Assembly (NCBI GenBank): GCA_963664875.1
Contig: OY761611.1
Coordinates: forward strand, 3,763,815-3,827,814
From: Candidatus Kapaibacterium sp.
GTDB lineage: Bacteria; Bacteroidota; Ignavibacteria; Kapaibacteriales; UBA2268
Length of the DNA stretch: 64,000 nt
Direction: 5' to 3'
Shown here: one piece after another, positions 40,697 through 49,807 of the stretch
How positions within the stretch are numbered: the first letter of the stretch is position 1
How the letters are laid out: the number at the start of each line of letters is the position of its first letter
Translations under genes and position numbers: made by a program
The notes under the pieces: model-generated
What the model was told of the DNA's origin: nothing
Seen by the model: the letters and a program-made list of their open reading frames with translations, nothing else
Databases searched by the model: none

Positions 40697-41896
40697 ATGA
40701 AAAAGCTTTTAGAAGGTATCAGAGTACTGGATTTGACCAATGTACTCTCAGGACCTTTTGCTTCCCTGCATCTTGCATTGCTTGGTGCGGAAGTTATTAA
40801 AATTGAAAATCCGGACGGGGGAGACCTCGCCAGAAAGTTAGGCTGCGTGCCGGAATACAATCAGAAACTTATGGGCACAAGTTTTCTGGCACAAAATGCA
40901 AATAAGAAATCTTTAACATTGAATCTTAAAGATGATAAAGCCAAAGAAATCTTTAAAAAATTAGCTGAAACAGCAGATGTTGTAATTGAAAACTTCCGTC
41001 CGGGAGTAATGGATCGACTCGGAGTAGGCTATGAAGTGTTGAAAGAGATAAATCCAAAAATTATTTATCTCGCAATCTCAGGTTACGGTCAAACCGGGCC
41101 CGATGCAAAGAAACCCGCTTATGACCAGATTATACAAGGTCTTTCCGGAGTAATGTCGATCAATGGTAATGCAGACTTAAATCCACTTCGTGCCGGATTC
41201 CCTCTATGCGATACTGTTGGAGGCTTGAACGGTGCTTTTGCAGTGATGTCAGCCTTATTCTATAGAGAAAGACACGGCGTAGGCCAGTTTATTGACATCG
41301 CTTTGCTTGATTCGATTATGCCACTCATGGGCTGGGTAGCAGCTAATTTACTAATAGGTGGTCAGCAACCGACTTTGCTCGGCAACGATAACTTCACAGC
41401 GGCACCATCGGGAATGTTCGTTACAAAAGACGGCTACATAAATATAGCTGCCAACAAACAGGAACAATGGCATGCAGTAACCGACGTATTGGAAGTACCT
41501 GAGCTAAAAGAAGACCCGAGATTCAAAGAAAGAGACACTCGAAAAGCAAACCGCTACGAGCTTACTCCAATCCTCGAAGCAAAACTTAAAGAAAGGAACA
41601 CAGAGGAGTGGGTAGCTCTTTTGAATAAAGCAGGTGTGCCATCGGGAGCAATACTTGGACTTGAGCAGGCACTATTGCAACCACAGGCAGAGCACAGACA
41701 AACTTTTAACGAAGTAAGAGTTGACGAGTTAGGTAGAGATGTAAAACTCTTTAATATGACAGCAAAATTCAGCGAAACACCGGGCATGGTTGAAACTCCG
41801 CCTCCAACTTTATCTCAGCATACTAACGAGATATTGGAATCAATCGGATATTCTGCTGAGGATATTGCAGCGATGAAAGAGAATGGAGTAGTGTAG
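40697..41896 (+). CDS. Family III (CaiB/BaiF) CoA-transferase
   Basis: LEGIRVLDLT..LSGPF...LGAEVIKIE, NANKKSLTLNLK, ADVVIENFRPGV, ISGYGQTGP, AYDQIIQ. Confidence 0.92.
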   Translation: MKKLLEGIRVLDLTNVLSGPFASLHLALLGAEVIKIENPDGGDLARKLGCVPEYNQKLMGTSFLAQNANKKSLTLNLKDDKAKEIFKKLAETADVVIENFRPGVMDRLGVGYEVLKEINPKIIYLAISGYGQTGPDAKKPAYDQIIQGLSGVMSINGNADLNPLRAGFPLCDTVGGLNGAFAVMSALFYRERHGVGQFIDIALLDSIMPLMGWVAANLLIGGQQPTLLGNDNFTAAPSGMFVTKDGYINIAANKQEQWHAVTDVLEVPELKEDPRFKERDTRKANRYELTPILEAKLKERNTEEWVALLNKAGVPSGAILGLEQALLQPQAEHRQTFNEVRVDELGRDVKLFNMTAKFSETPGMVETPPPTLSQHTNEILESIGYSAEDIAAMKENGVV

Positions 41897-42027
41897 CTTT
41901 AGAAGCTTGTTGACAAGGTGGAACTATTTACCTCAATTTTTGGAGTGTGGGAATTAGAGCTTGAGGATTGCCATTTTTCACAAATTTGTATTGTATTCTT
42001 AAAATTTGCGAGTTCTGCCGCCATCTA

Positions 42028-42049
42028 TACTTCGACAAGCTCAGTAACC
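42028..42049 (-). repeat. 22-nt REP-like element inside a CCGCCA/TGGCGG stem
   Basis: TACTTCGACAAGCTCAGTAACC. Confidence 0.8.
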
Positions 42050-42209
42050 TTTGGCGGTTGCACTTATGTAACTTACCGCAAAAAAAAGAAAAAGAAATGG
42101 AAAGACGTACTACCAATCAAATACCCTATTATGAAATAGGGGATGATACAAGTAAAAAACAAAAACTCTGAAAAATGGGCTTTTCAGAGATATTATAGGG
42201 AGCAAAAAA

Positions 42210-43502
42210 ATGGGAAAAACAATGGTTGAAAAGATACTTGCCAAACAGACAGGTATCGAAAATCTCAAGATAGGAGATGTCGTTGAACCAAAGGTAGGCT
42301 TGGCGATGTCTCACGAAAACGGATCTTTGGTTGTAAACCAGTTCTACGAAATTTATAAAGAATTAGATATGGAAGCCCGAGTTTGGGATCCAAGTAAAAT
42401 TGCACTTATCTTTGATCACCGCGTTCCTGCGGAAAGTAAAAAAACAGCTACAAATCAGGCTAAAATCCGTGCTTTTGTTAAAGAGCAGGGAATAGATAAG
42501 TTCCATGATATTCGCGGCGACGAAGGTGGAATTTGTCACCAGATTCTTCCTGAAAATGGCTATGTTCATCCGGGAGAAGTTGTTGTTGGAACTGATAGCC
42601 ACACTACAACTCATGGTGCTCTCGGCGCTTTTGCGTTCGGTATTGGAGCGACTGAAATGGCTGCTGTTTGGGCTTTGGGTAAAATCCTAAATGTCGAAGT
42701 TCCTCCTACAATCAAAGTAGTTGTAACAGGTGAATTGAAACCTTACGTTTATGCAAAAGATATAATTCTTCACCTAATTGGAAAAATATCTGCTGAAGGC
42801 GGTAACTTTAGAGTTCTCGAATTCCATGGTGACACTATCAGAAATATGAGCACTTCAGGAAGACTTACTATAAGTAACATGAGCGTAGAAGCCGGAGCAA
42901 CTGCCGGCATCGTGCCTCCTGATGCTGAAACCGTACGCTACCTGAGAGAGGAAGCAGGTTACACAGGCGAAATAGATATGATTGCACCTGATGAAGATGC
43001 TGTTTACGAAAGAATAGTAGAAATTGATGCATCATCATTGGAGCCACAGATTGCTGCTCCGCATACAGTAGATAATGTTAAAGATATAAGCGAACTGGAA
43101 GGTTTAGCTGTGCAGCAGGCAGTTGTGGGCTCTTGCACCAATGGCAGAATCGAAGATATTAAAGACTGTGCAGATATAGTTAGAGGCAAAAAAGTATCTC
43201 GCGACACTCGTCTTCTTGTCTTCCCTGCATCATATAAAATATATCACGAAGCTCTAGACTTAGGCTATATCACAGATATAGTCAAAGCCGGCGGTGTAGT
43301 TATGAATCCCGGCTGCGGCCCTTGTCTTGGTGTCCATCAGGGAGCACTTGGCGATGGAGAAAGAGCCATTGCTACAACAAACAGAAACTTCCAGGGAAGA
43401 ATGGGAAATCCAAACTCAGAAGTGTATTTGAGTTCTGCAGCGGTAGCAGCTGCAAGTGCATTGACAGGTGTAATCACAAATCCGCAAAAAGGAGCTAACT
43501 AA
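42210..43502 (+). CDS. leuC: 3-isopropylmalate dehydratase/homoaconitase family large subunit
   Basis: FDHRVP, GICHQ, GTDSHTTTHGA, NMSVEAGA, GSCTNGR, PGCGPCLG, TNRNFQGRMG. Symbol marks the family; substrate uncertain. Confidence 0.85.
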   Translation: MGKTMVEKILAKQTGIENLKIGDVVEPKVGLAMSHENGSLVVNQFYEIYKELDMEARVWDPSKIALIFDHRVPAESKKTATNQAKIRAFVKEQGIDKFHDIRGDEGGICHQILPENGYVHPGEVVVGTDSHTTTHGALGAFAFGIGATEMAAVWALGKILNVEVPPTIKVVVTGELKPYVYAKDIILHLIGKISAEGGNFRVLEFHGDTIRNMSTSGRLTISNMSVEAGATAGIVPPDAETVRYLREEAGYTGEIDMIAPDEDAVYERIVEIDASSLEPQIAAPHTVDNVKDISELEGLAVQQAVVGSCTNGRIEDIKDCADIVRGKKVSRDTRLLVFPASYKIYHEALDLGYITDIVKAGGVVMNPGCGPCLGVHQGALGDGERAIATTNRNFQGRMGNPNSEVYLSSAAVAAASALTGVITNPQKGAN

Positions 43503-43993
43503 TGGCAAAAGTACAATATAAATTCGCTGATGATATTTCAACTGATATTATCTATCCGGGCAGATATATGGCAACAGTATTGCCGACAGAAACTCCTGAA
43601 TTTGCATTTGCAGATATTCCTGAACTTAACAAAACACTCAGAGAAGAATCACAAAATCAGCAAATGTTAGTTGTTGGCGGTAAAAACTTTGGTTGCGGTT
43701 CATCTCGTGAGCAGGCAGCTTCCGCTTTAAAAGGCCATGAATTGATAGTAGTAGCGAGAGATTTTGCACGAATCTTTATCCAGAATGCGATCAATCTTGG
43801 TTTGAGAACAGTCATCTGTCCAAATATAGAAGCAGAAGTTGACCACGATTTGGAAGTAACTGAAAGCAAAGTAATAAATAAAACTACCGGAAAAGAATTT
43901 GATATAATTCCTCTACCACCTGCCAGACAGGCGATAGTAGATGCCGGAGGTCTGATACCATATACACGCAAAAAACTCTTAGAGCAAGCATAA
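43502..43993 (+). CDS. leuD: 3-isopropylmalate dehydratase/homoaconitase family small subunit
   Basis: DISTDIIYPGRY, GKNFGCGSSREQA, FARIFIQNAINLGL, AGGLIPY; translationally coupled to the large subunit. Confidence 0.85.
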   Translation: MAKVQYKFADDISTDIIYPGRYMATVLPTETPEFAFADIPELNKTLREESQNQQMLVVGGKNFGCGSSREQAASALKGHELIVVARDFARIFIQNAINLGLRTVICPNIEAEVDHDLEVTESKVINKTTGKEFDIIPLPPARQAIVDAGGLIPYTRKKLLEQA

Positions 43994-44002
43994 ATTAAAG
44001 AC

Positions 44003-44045
44003 AAAATGGAGATAGTTATTTGAAATGAGTATCTCCATTTTTTTT
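44003..44045 (+). terminator. Terminator after the leuD-like gene
   Basis: AAAATGGAGATA...TATCTCCATTTT plus T run. Confidence 0.75.
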
Positions 44046-44167
44046 GAAGAATTGTAGTTAATCCAATATTTTGCTTCTGATTTCAGGAATTGATTTTGTC
44101 ATTTGAAAATTATATGTAAATTTGCATAATATCATTTTACTAACATATAATTTAGCTAGAGATAATA

Positions 44168-46318
44168 ATGATAAAATCCCGTTTAATAACACTCCTTCTT
44201 TTAATTGCATTTTCAATTTCATATAGTGCCACTGCACAAAACCACAAATTTGGACTTTTTGCAAATTATGGATTAAACTTCCATAGTGCTGATTTTAATA
44301 GACTTAAAGATATTCCAAATTGCTGTCCTAACTTCGAATCAGGTTCCGGGTCAGGAATTGGTTTAGGTTTTTTATATGAATATAATTTGGAAAGTCGATT
44401 TTCTTTAGGTGCGAGACTTGGATATTCTGATTTGTCTGGAGAGCTCAGTTCTATTGAAACCACGACGCTAATGATAGATAATAAAACCGGTGATGGTGAA
44501 TTTGAGCATTTGATGGAAGGGAATTTTTCAGCAATTGAAATTACCCCTATGCTTATTTATAGGGCTACAGACAATCTAAATCTATATGCAGGTTTACAGT
44601 TTAATCTCATTACGACTTCGACTTTTGACCAGATTGAAAAAATTAAAACGCCTGCTGATCGAGGAACCTTTATAGATGAAAATGGAGATGACACACACTC
44701 CCGCACCAGAAATGAGTACTCCGGAGATATTCCTGAAGCCAAATCCAATAGTTTAGCTTTATCCATTGGAGTCGGGTACGAATTACCTCTAAATAGTAGA
44801 AACACCCTAAGGTTAGCACCTGAGATGTTTTATAAATATGGTTTATCAGAGCTTGTTACAGAAACATCATGGAAAGTAAGCAGAATGGAGGTAGGCATAG
44901 CTTTGAAATATGTGCCGACCAAAGGTTTGCGAAAAGAGGAAATATTTAAAGAAATAAGAAAAGTAGATACTTTGAAAACCGGGCAAGGTCAGATGTTAGC
45001 GACTTACAGGCAGGGTAAAGAAGTAATCACTACAGAAAGAGAAGAAACAGAAACTGAAATAATCAATTATCAATATATCACAAGAACTGATACAGCATTT
45101 TTCGAAACTAAAATAGAAAAAGATTATAAATTGGAAACAAGTGTTTCTATTGCAGGTTTGGACGATGAAGGCAATAAAACAGAAAAACCTGAATTTATTA
45201 TTGAAGAATTTGTTTCGAGAAAAGTAAACCCACTTTTGACTTACATTTTCTTTGAAGAAAACTCTGCTATTCTAACTTCAAAGTATGTTAAGTTGGAGAA
45301 GAAAAACACCAAAGATTTCAATATAAATGATTTATTTGAAGGCGACATTCTAGATATATACTACAACATACTAAATATAATCGGCGACAGAATGTTGCAA
45401 CATCCACAAGCAAAAATTACACTAACTGGTTGCAATTCTGACTTAGGTGTTGAATCAAATAATCAAATGTTGTCTCAGAGGAGAGCAGAGACTATCCGAG
45501 ATTATTTATTACAAGTTTGGGGAATAGACAAGAGCAGGATTAGAATCGAAGTCAGAAACTTACCTGTATTAGCATCGCTACCTAAAGATGAAACTGACAA
45601 ATCAGAGGAAAACCGAAGGGTAGAAATAAGTTCTGATACTCCTGAAATTGTAGATTTTGTAAGTCTGAATAATATAGAAAGAAAAGTCAATCCACCTAAG
45701 GCACTAATTGCATTAAATGTGAAATCTGATTTGGAGCTTGCTGATTGGAATCTTATGGCCACGCAAGAAAATTCAGATAAACAACTAATCAAGCAAGGTG
45801 TAAATAACCCACCAAGTGAAATTGAATGGGCTTTTTCATCTATTCAAAATGCAACAAAAGATATGCGAAGCATTTTGAACGTGTCTTTTGTAGTTAGCGA
45901 TGTCAAAGGTAACAAAGGCTCAGCGAGTGCATCTATAACTCCAATCAGTATCCTGACAATTGATAAAAAAGCCTCAGAAGGCATAGATGATTACACCATA
46001 GATGAGTATAGATTGATTCTGTTTGATTTCAACTCATCTAATATAAGCGGAGAAAATAAAGCTATAGTCGATCTAATAAAATCTAATGTCAAACCAGATT
46101 CTGAAATTAGGGTTACAGGGCATACAGATAGAACCGGCGACGATAATTATAATAAGAAATTATCACAAAATAGGGCTGACAACGTAAGCCATAGTATTGG
46201 GCATAAAAATATCAGTGCTGTGGGTATGGGTGAGGACAACCTGTTACTTGATAACAATACTCCTGAAGCGAGATTTTACTGTCGAACTGTAATTGTAGAA
46301 GTAAAAACTAAAAAATAA
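44168..46318 (+). CDS. Outer-membrane beta-barrel protein with two OmpA-like domains
   Basis: Signal peptide; barrel-like strands ending GIALKY; LSQRRAETIRDYL...ENRRVEI and VTGHTDRTG...NKKLSQNRA...RFYCRTV. Confidence 0.75.
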   Translation: MIKSRLITLLLLIAFSISYSATAQNHKFGLFANYGLNFHSADFNRLKDIPNCCPNFESGSGSGIGLGFLYEYNLESRFSLGARLGYSDLSGELSSIETTTLMIDNKTGDGEFEHLMEGNFSAIEITPMLIYRATDNLNLYAGLQFNLITTSTFDQIEKIKTPADRGTFIDENGDDTHSRTRNEYSGDIPEAKSNSLALSIGVGYELPLNSRNTLRLAPEMFYKYGLSELVTETSWKVSRMEVGIALKYVPTKGLRKEEIFKEIRKVDTLKTGQGQMLATYRQGKEVITTEREETETEIINYQYITRTDTAFFETKIEKDYKLETSVSIAGLDDEGNKTEKPEFIIEEFVSRKVNPLLTYIFFEENSAILTSKYVKLEKKNTKDFNINDLFEGDILDIYYNILNIIGDRMLQHPQAKITLTGCNSDLGVESNNQMLSQRRAETIRDYLLQVWGIDKSRIRIEVRNLPVLASLPKDETDKSEENRRVEISSDTPEIVDFVSLNNIERKVNPPKALIALNVKSDLELADWNLMATQENSDKQLIKQGVNNPPSEIEWAFSSIQNATKDMRSILNVSFVVSDVKGNKGSASASITPISILTIDKKASEGIDDYTIDEYRLILFDFNSSNISGENKAIVDLIKSNVKPDSEIRVTGHTDRTGDDNYNKKLSQNRADNVSHSIGHKNISAVGMGEDNLLLDNNTPEARFYCRTVIVEVKTKK

Positions 46319-46347
46319 TATAATGTAGCGAATACAAGAAAATGGAA

Positions 46348-46383
46348 CAGTAGGACATAAGCTATATTGCTTGTGTCCTATTG
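46348..46383 (+). terminator. Hairpin after the OmpA-family gene
   Basis: TAGGACATAAGC-TATATT-GCTTGTGTCCTA. Confidence 0.55.
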
Positions 46384-46527
46384 CTTTATTTGGCAAATAA
46401 TCAAATATTACATATAGCATATTGGCTTCAAAAAAGAGTTTTTTGTTATAATATTTTTAAGCCTTCCCTCGAATTTTCTTATATTGCAAGAATATATCAA
46501 ACCTATATTCTGAAGAGTTTAAAATAG

Positions 46528-49116
46528 ATGGCAAAGAAAGAAAATACTGAGAATAAAGTAATTCGCAACGCAGGCGTTTCTTCAAATGCCAACGGAGATA
46601 GCCCTAAAAAGCCCAAATTCAAGTATAAATACAGAAAGAATAATCAAAAAAATAAAAGTAATCAATCTGAGCCAAATGTTGCAAAACCTGCAGTCAAAGA
46701 GGCGGTTGATAACTCTGTACAGCAAGTACAAAATGAAACAAATCCCAAACAGCAAACAAATAAAAATCCTAATAAAAGAAATTACAAAAACAATAGATAC
46801 TTTAATAAAAAGAAAAAGTACCCGAATAAAGCCGAAGATTTAGAGCAATCAGCTAACGAGATTATTCCTGAAACTACAGAAGTTGAAATTGAAGAGCTAA
46901 GAGCTTTTCCGGAAGAGCCGAATGTAGATATGGATTTTACTTTTCTTGAAGCATCAAGGGAAGATATTGAGGATATGATAGCTGAGATGGAAGATGAAGA
47001 GTCTGATTCCAAACAAAAGCAGCATCAAGAAATACCTCATAAATATAAAAAAGAAAAAATAATTATCGGAGACACTTCTATTGGTGGTTCTGTATTGCAA
47101 TCTCCTTTCTTTCTGAGAGTTTCTACAATAAAGCAAACAGCTAAGCATTCGCTTGACAAAGAGGCAAAAGTAATTGTAAAAACTGAAGATGCTGTCGCAG
47201 ATAAGAACGACAGACAACAGGAGTTGAAAAAAAATGAGAATGTTTCAGCTCCTAAAAAAACTGAAAAGGGGATAAATCATAAAAAGCAAGAGGAACCTAA
47301 AAAATCAGTAGTTGTGCCGATTAAAGAAACCGGTGTAGCGGGTTCTGTATTGACTCGTTTATTTTTAGAAAAATATAACCTAATCAAACCGATAGAAATT
47401 GTAGCAGCAAAAGAAGATAAACCTAAAGATGATAAAGTAAAAGCTACAAAACCGAAAGAAGAAAGGATTATAGAACCAAAAGTTGAATCGGCCGAGATAG
47501 TAGAAGCTGAAGAAGAGATAGTGATTGAAGAACCTCTCAGAGAAGAGGATATTTATAAAATTGATAAGCTAAGCTTTGATCCTAAAGTACAAAAGAATAA
47601 CTACAAAATAGGCTTTGAGCTGATAGAGCCTGTCAAATATATTTCTCCGAGAACGGCTTTATCTGAAAGGCAGCTACAGGAGCCTGCAGTTAAAAAAGTG
47701 CTGGATACAGTCAGAAAATTTTTAGTGGAAGTGCTGCATATAGACCATACTTATAATATTCTTTTAGCTGTAAGCGGAGGGGTAGATTCGGTAGTTCTTG
47801 CTGATGCTGTTACATTGCTGACCGCTGAGTTCAATTATAATATTGCTATTGCACATTATAATCACAATCTCAGAGGAACAGATTCTGATGAAGATGAGAA
47901 GTTCGTAAAACAGCTCGCAGAAAAATATAACAGCAGAATTTTTACAGCAAACGGAAAAGTAAAAGCATACTCAGAAAAAAATTCTCTTAGTATTGAGCAT
48001 GCAGCAAGGATATTAAGATATAAGTTTTTTGAACGTACTTCACGCAATATCAATGCAGATTTTGTAGCAACTGCTCACATGGCAGACGATTCTGCAGAAA
48101 CTCTTTTGCTCAATCTGCTCCGAGGTTCCGGGCTTACCGGACTCTCAGGTATTCCAAAAGTCAGAACTTTTGTTAAAAATGTTCGTTTAATCAGACCACT
48201 TATAGAATTGAGGAAGACTGATCTTATTGCTTATGCAAAAGAAAGGCGTTTGATTTGGAGAGAAGATAAATCAAATCAGCTATTGGATTACACAAGGAAT
48301 AAAGTTAGACATAGTCTAATTCCTATGTTAGAGCAAAATTTTAATCCGAACATTATAGATACTTTGACACGTACCGCTAAGCTAATCAGCGGTGCAGACG
48401 AGTTTGTTTCAGATATGGTAACAAACTCATTAGAATATGTAACAGATGATGTAAGGCAGGAAAGGTTTGCAGTCAAAGTTAACTTAATGCAGACATTCCC
48501 TGAATTTGTGCAGGGCGAGATAATACAAAAACTTGTAAATAAATATTTTAGAATAGCAAATCTGCCGATGAGGAAAATTGCTGATATTATTGAGCTTATG
48601 AATCATCAGACCGGTGCGGTTTACCAGATTAACAAAAACTATCAGGTCTTGTCAGACAGGAAAAAACTGATATTTACGAAAGTAGAAGATTACATAAAAA
48701 TATCAGAACGATTTAGTATTGAGCAAGGCTTTGAAAATGCTGAAATTTCTTTAAAAGTTACTCCCGTTCGGAAAAAGGATATTAAGTTTAATGATAATCC
48801 AAACGAAGAATATTTGGACAAATCCAAAATATCCCGAACTCTGAAGATAAGAAATAAAGAGGAAGGGGACTGTTTTATTCCGCTTGGAATGTTGGGTAGA
48901 GTCAAAGTAAGTGATTTCCTTACTAACGAAAAAGTATCGCTGATAGACAAATCCAAAGTATTAGTCCTCGAATCAGGGGGTGAAATAGTATGGGTAGTAG
49001 GTCATAGAGTCAGCGAAAAATTCAAAGTAGATGCCCAGACTCAAGAAGCATATAAGATAGAATTTTCAATAAAAAACGGACATAAAAATGAGCAGAAAAC
49101 CGATGGACTTGAATAG
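46528..49116 (+). CDS. tilS: tRNA(Ile)-lysidine synthetase with about 385-aa low-complexity N-terminal extension
   Basis: LAVSGGVDS, AHYNHNLRG, ARILRY, TAHMADDSAET, LRGSG..GL, IRPL, EDKSN, RNKVRH; upstream of hpt-ftsH. Confidence 0.9.
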   Translation: MAKKENTENKVIRNAGVSSNANGDSPKKPKFKYKYRKNNQKNKSNQSEPNVAKPAVKEAVDNSVQQVQNETNPKQQTNKNPNKRNYKNNRYFNKKKKYPNKAEDLEQSANEIIPETTEVEIEELRAFPEEPNVDMDFTFLEASREDIEDMIAEMEDEESDSKQKQHQEIPHKYKKEKIIIGDTSIGGSVLQSPFFLRVSTIKQTAKHSLDKEAKVIVKTEDAVADKNDRQQELKKNENVSAPKKTEKGINHKKQEEPKKSVVVPIKETGVAGSVLTRLFLEKYNLIKPIEIVAAKEDKPKDDKVKATKPKEERIIEPKVESAEIVEAEEEIVIEEPLREEDIYKIDKLSFDPKVQKNNYKIGFELIEPVKYISPRTALSERQLQEPAVKKVLDTVRKFLVEVLHIDHTYNILLAVSGGVDSVVLADAVTLLTAEFNYNIAIAHYNHNLRGTDSDEDEKFVKQLAEKYNSRIFTANGKVKAYSEKNSLSIEHAARILRYKFFERTSRNINADFVATAHMADDSAETLLLNLLRGSGLTGLSGIPKVRTFVKNVRLIRPLIELRKTDLIAYAKERRLIWREDKSNQLLDYTRNKVRHSLIPMLEQNFNPNIIDTLTRTAKLISGADEFVSDMVTNSLEYVTDDVRQERFAVKVNLMQTFPEFVQGEIIQKLVNKYFRIANLPMRKIADIIELMNHQTGAVYQINKNYQVLSDRKKLIFTKVEDYIKISERFSIEQGFENAEISLKVTPVRKKDIKFNDNPNEEYLDKSKISRTLKIRNKEEGDCFIPLGMLGRVKVSDFLTNEKVSLIDKSKVLVLESGGEIVWVVGHRVSEKFKVDAQTQEAYKIEFSIKNGHKNEQKTDGLE

Positions 49117-49654
49117 AATTGTTGTAAACGGGAAAGTCTTTCATAAATTTATTTCCAAAGAGATAATTGATATTACTGTCGCAAAGATGGCTCAGGAGAT
49201 AAACAGAGATTATGAGAACAAAAAGCCTGTGTTTTTGGTAGTCCTCAAGGGAAGTGTTTTCTTTGGTGCTGATTTGCTCCGACAAGTCAACTTAGAATGT
49301 ACCATGGAGACTATCAGAGCAAAAAGTTATGGCAAGGCTATGCAAAGTTCGGGTAATGTTGATTTGTTTATAGAAAATCTCGAGCTCGAAGGCAAAGACC
49401 TTATAATTATAGAAGATATTGTTGATTCGGGTTTGACAATCAAAGCACTTATAGAGAAAATTAAAGAGGTCAATCCTGCTTCAGTCGAGATTGCATCGTT
49501 CCTCTTTAAGCCTGATTCTCTTCAGGTAGATTTGAAAGTGAAATATATAGGTATTAAAATACCTTCTGATTTTGTACTGGGCTATGGTCTCGATTATGCT
49601 GAATTGGGCAGGAATCTGCAGGATATATATGTACATAAAGAGCAGTATGATTAA
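49088..49654 (+). CDS. hpt: Hypoxanthine phosphoribosyltransferase
   Basis: VLKGSVFFGADL, IIEDIVDSGLT, FVLGYGLDYAE.GRNL. Confidence 0.95.
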   Translation: MSRKPMDLNRIVVNGKVFHKFISKEIIDITVAKMAQEINRDYENKKPVFLVVLKGSVFFGADLLRQVNLECTMETIRAKSYGKAMQSSGNVDLFIENLELEGKDLIIIEDIVDSGLTIKALIEKIKEVNPASVEIASFLFKPDSLQVDLKVKYIGIKIPSDFVLGYGLDYAELGRNLQDIYVHKEQYD

Positions 49655-49807
49655 TGATTTATATGCATTTCTGCTCTCAAATTTCCGTTTTTATTTGTAG
49701 ATTGCATATTGGATTAATTGAAAAATTACAAAACAAAAGAATCCTATCCCCGTCAAAAAATACGAATTTAGATTATAACATTGGAAAAGGATGGAGGCAC
49801 ATTATAG

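Noticed and set aside
41918-42314. Four overlapping short ORFs between the CoA-transferase and the leuC-like gene
   Set aside because: They span a REP element and A-runs; likely spurious.
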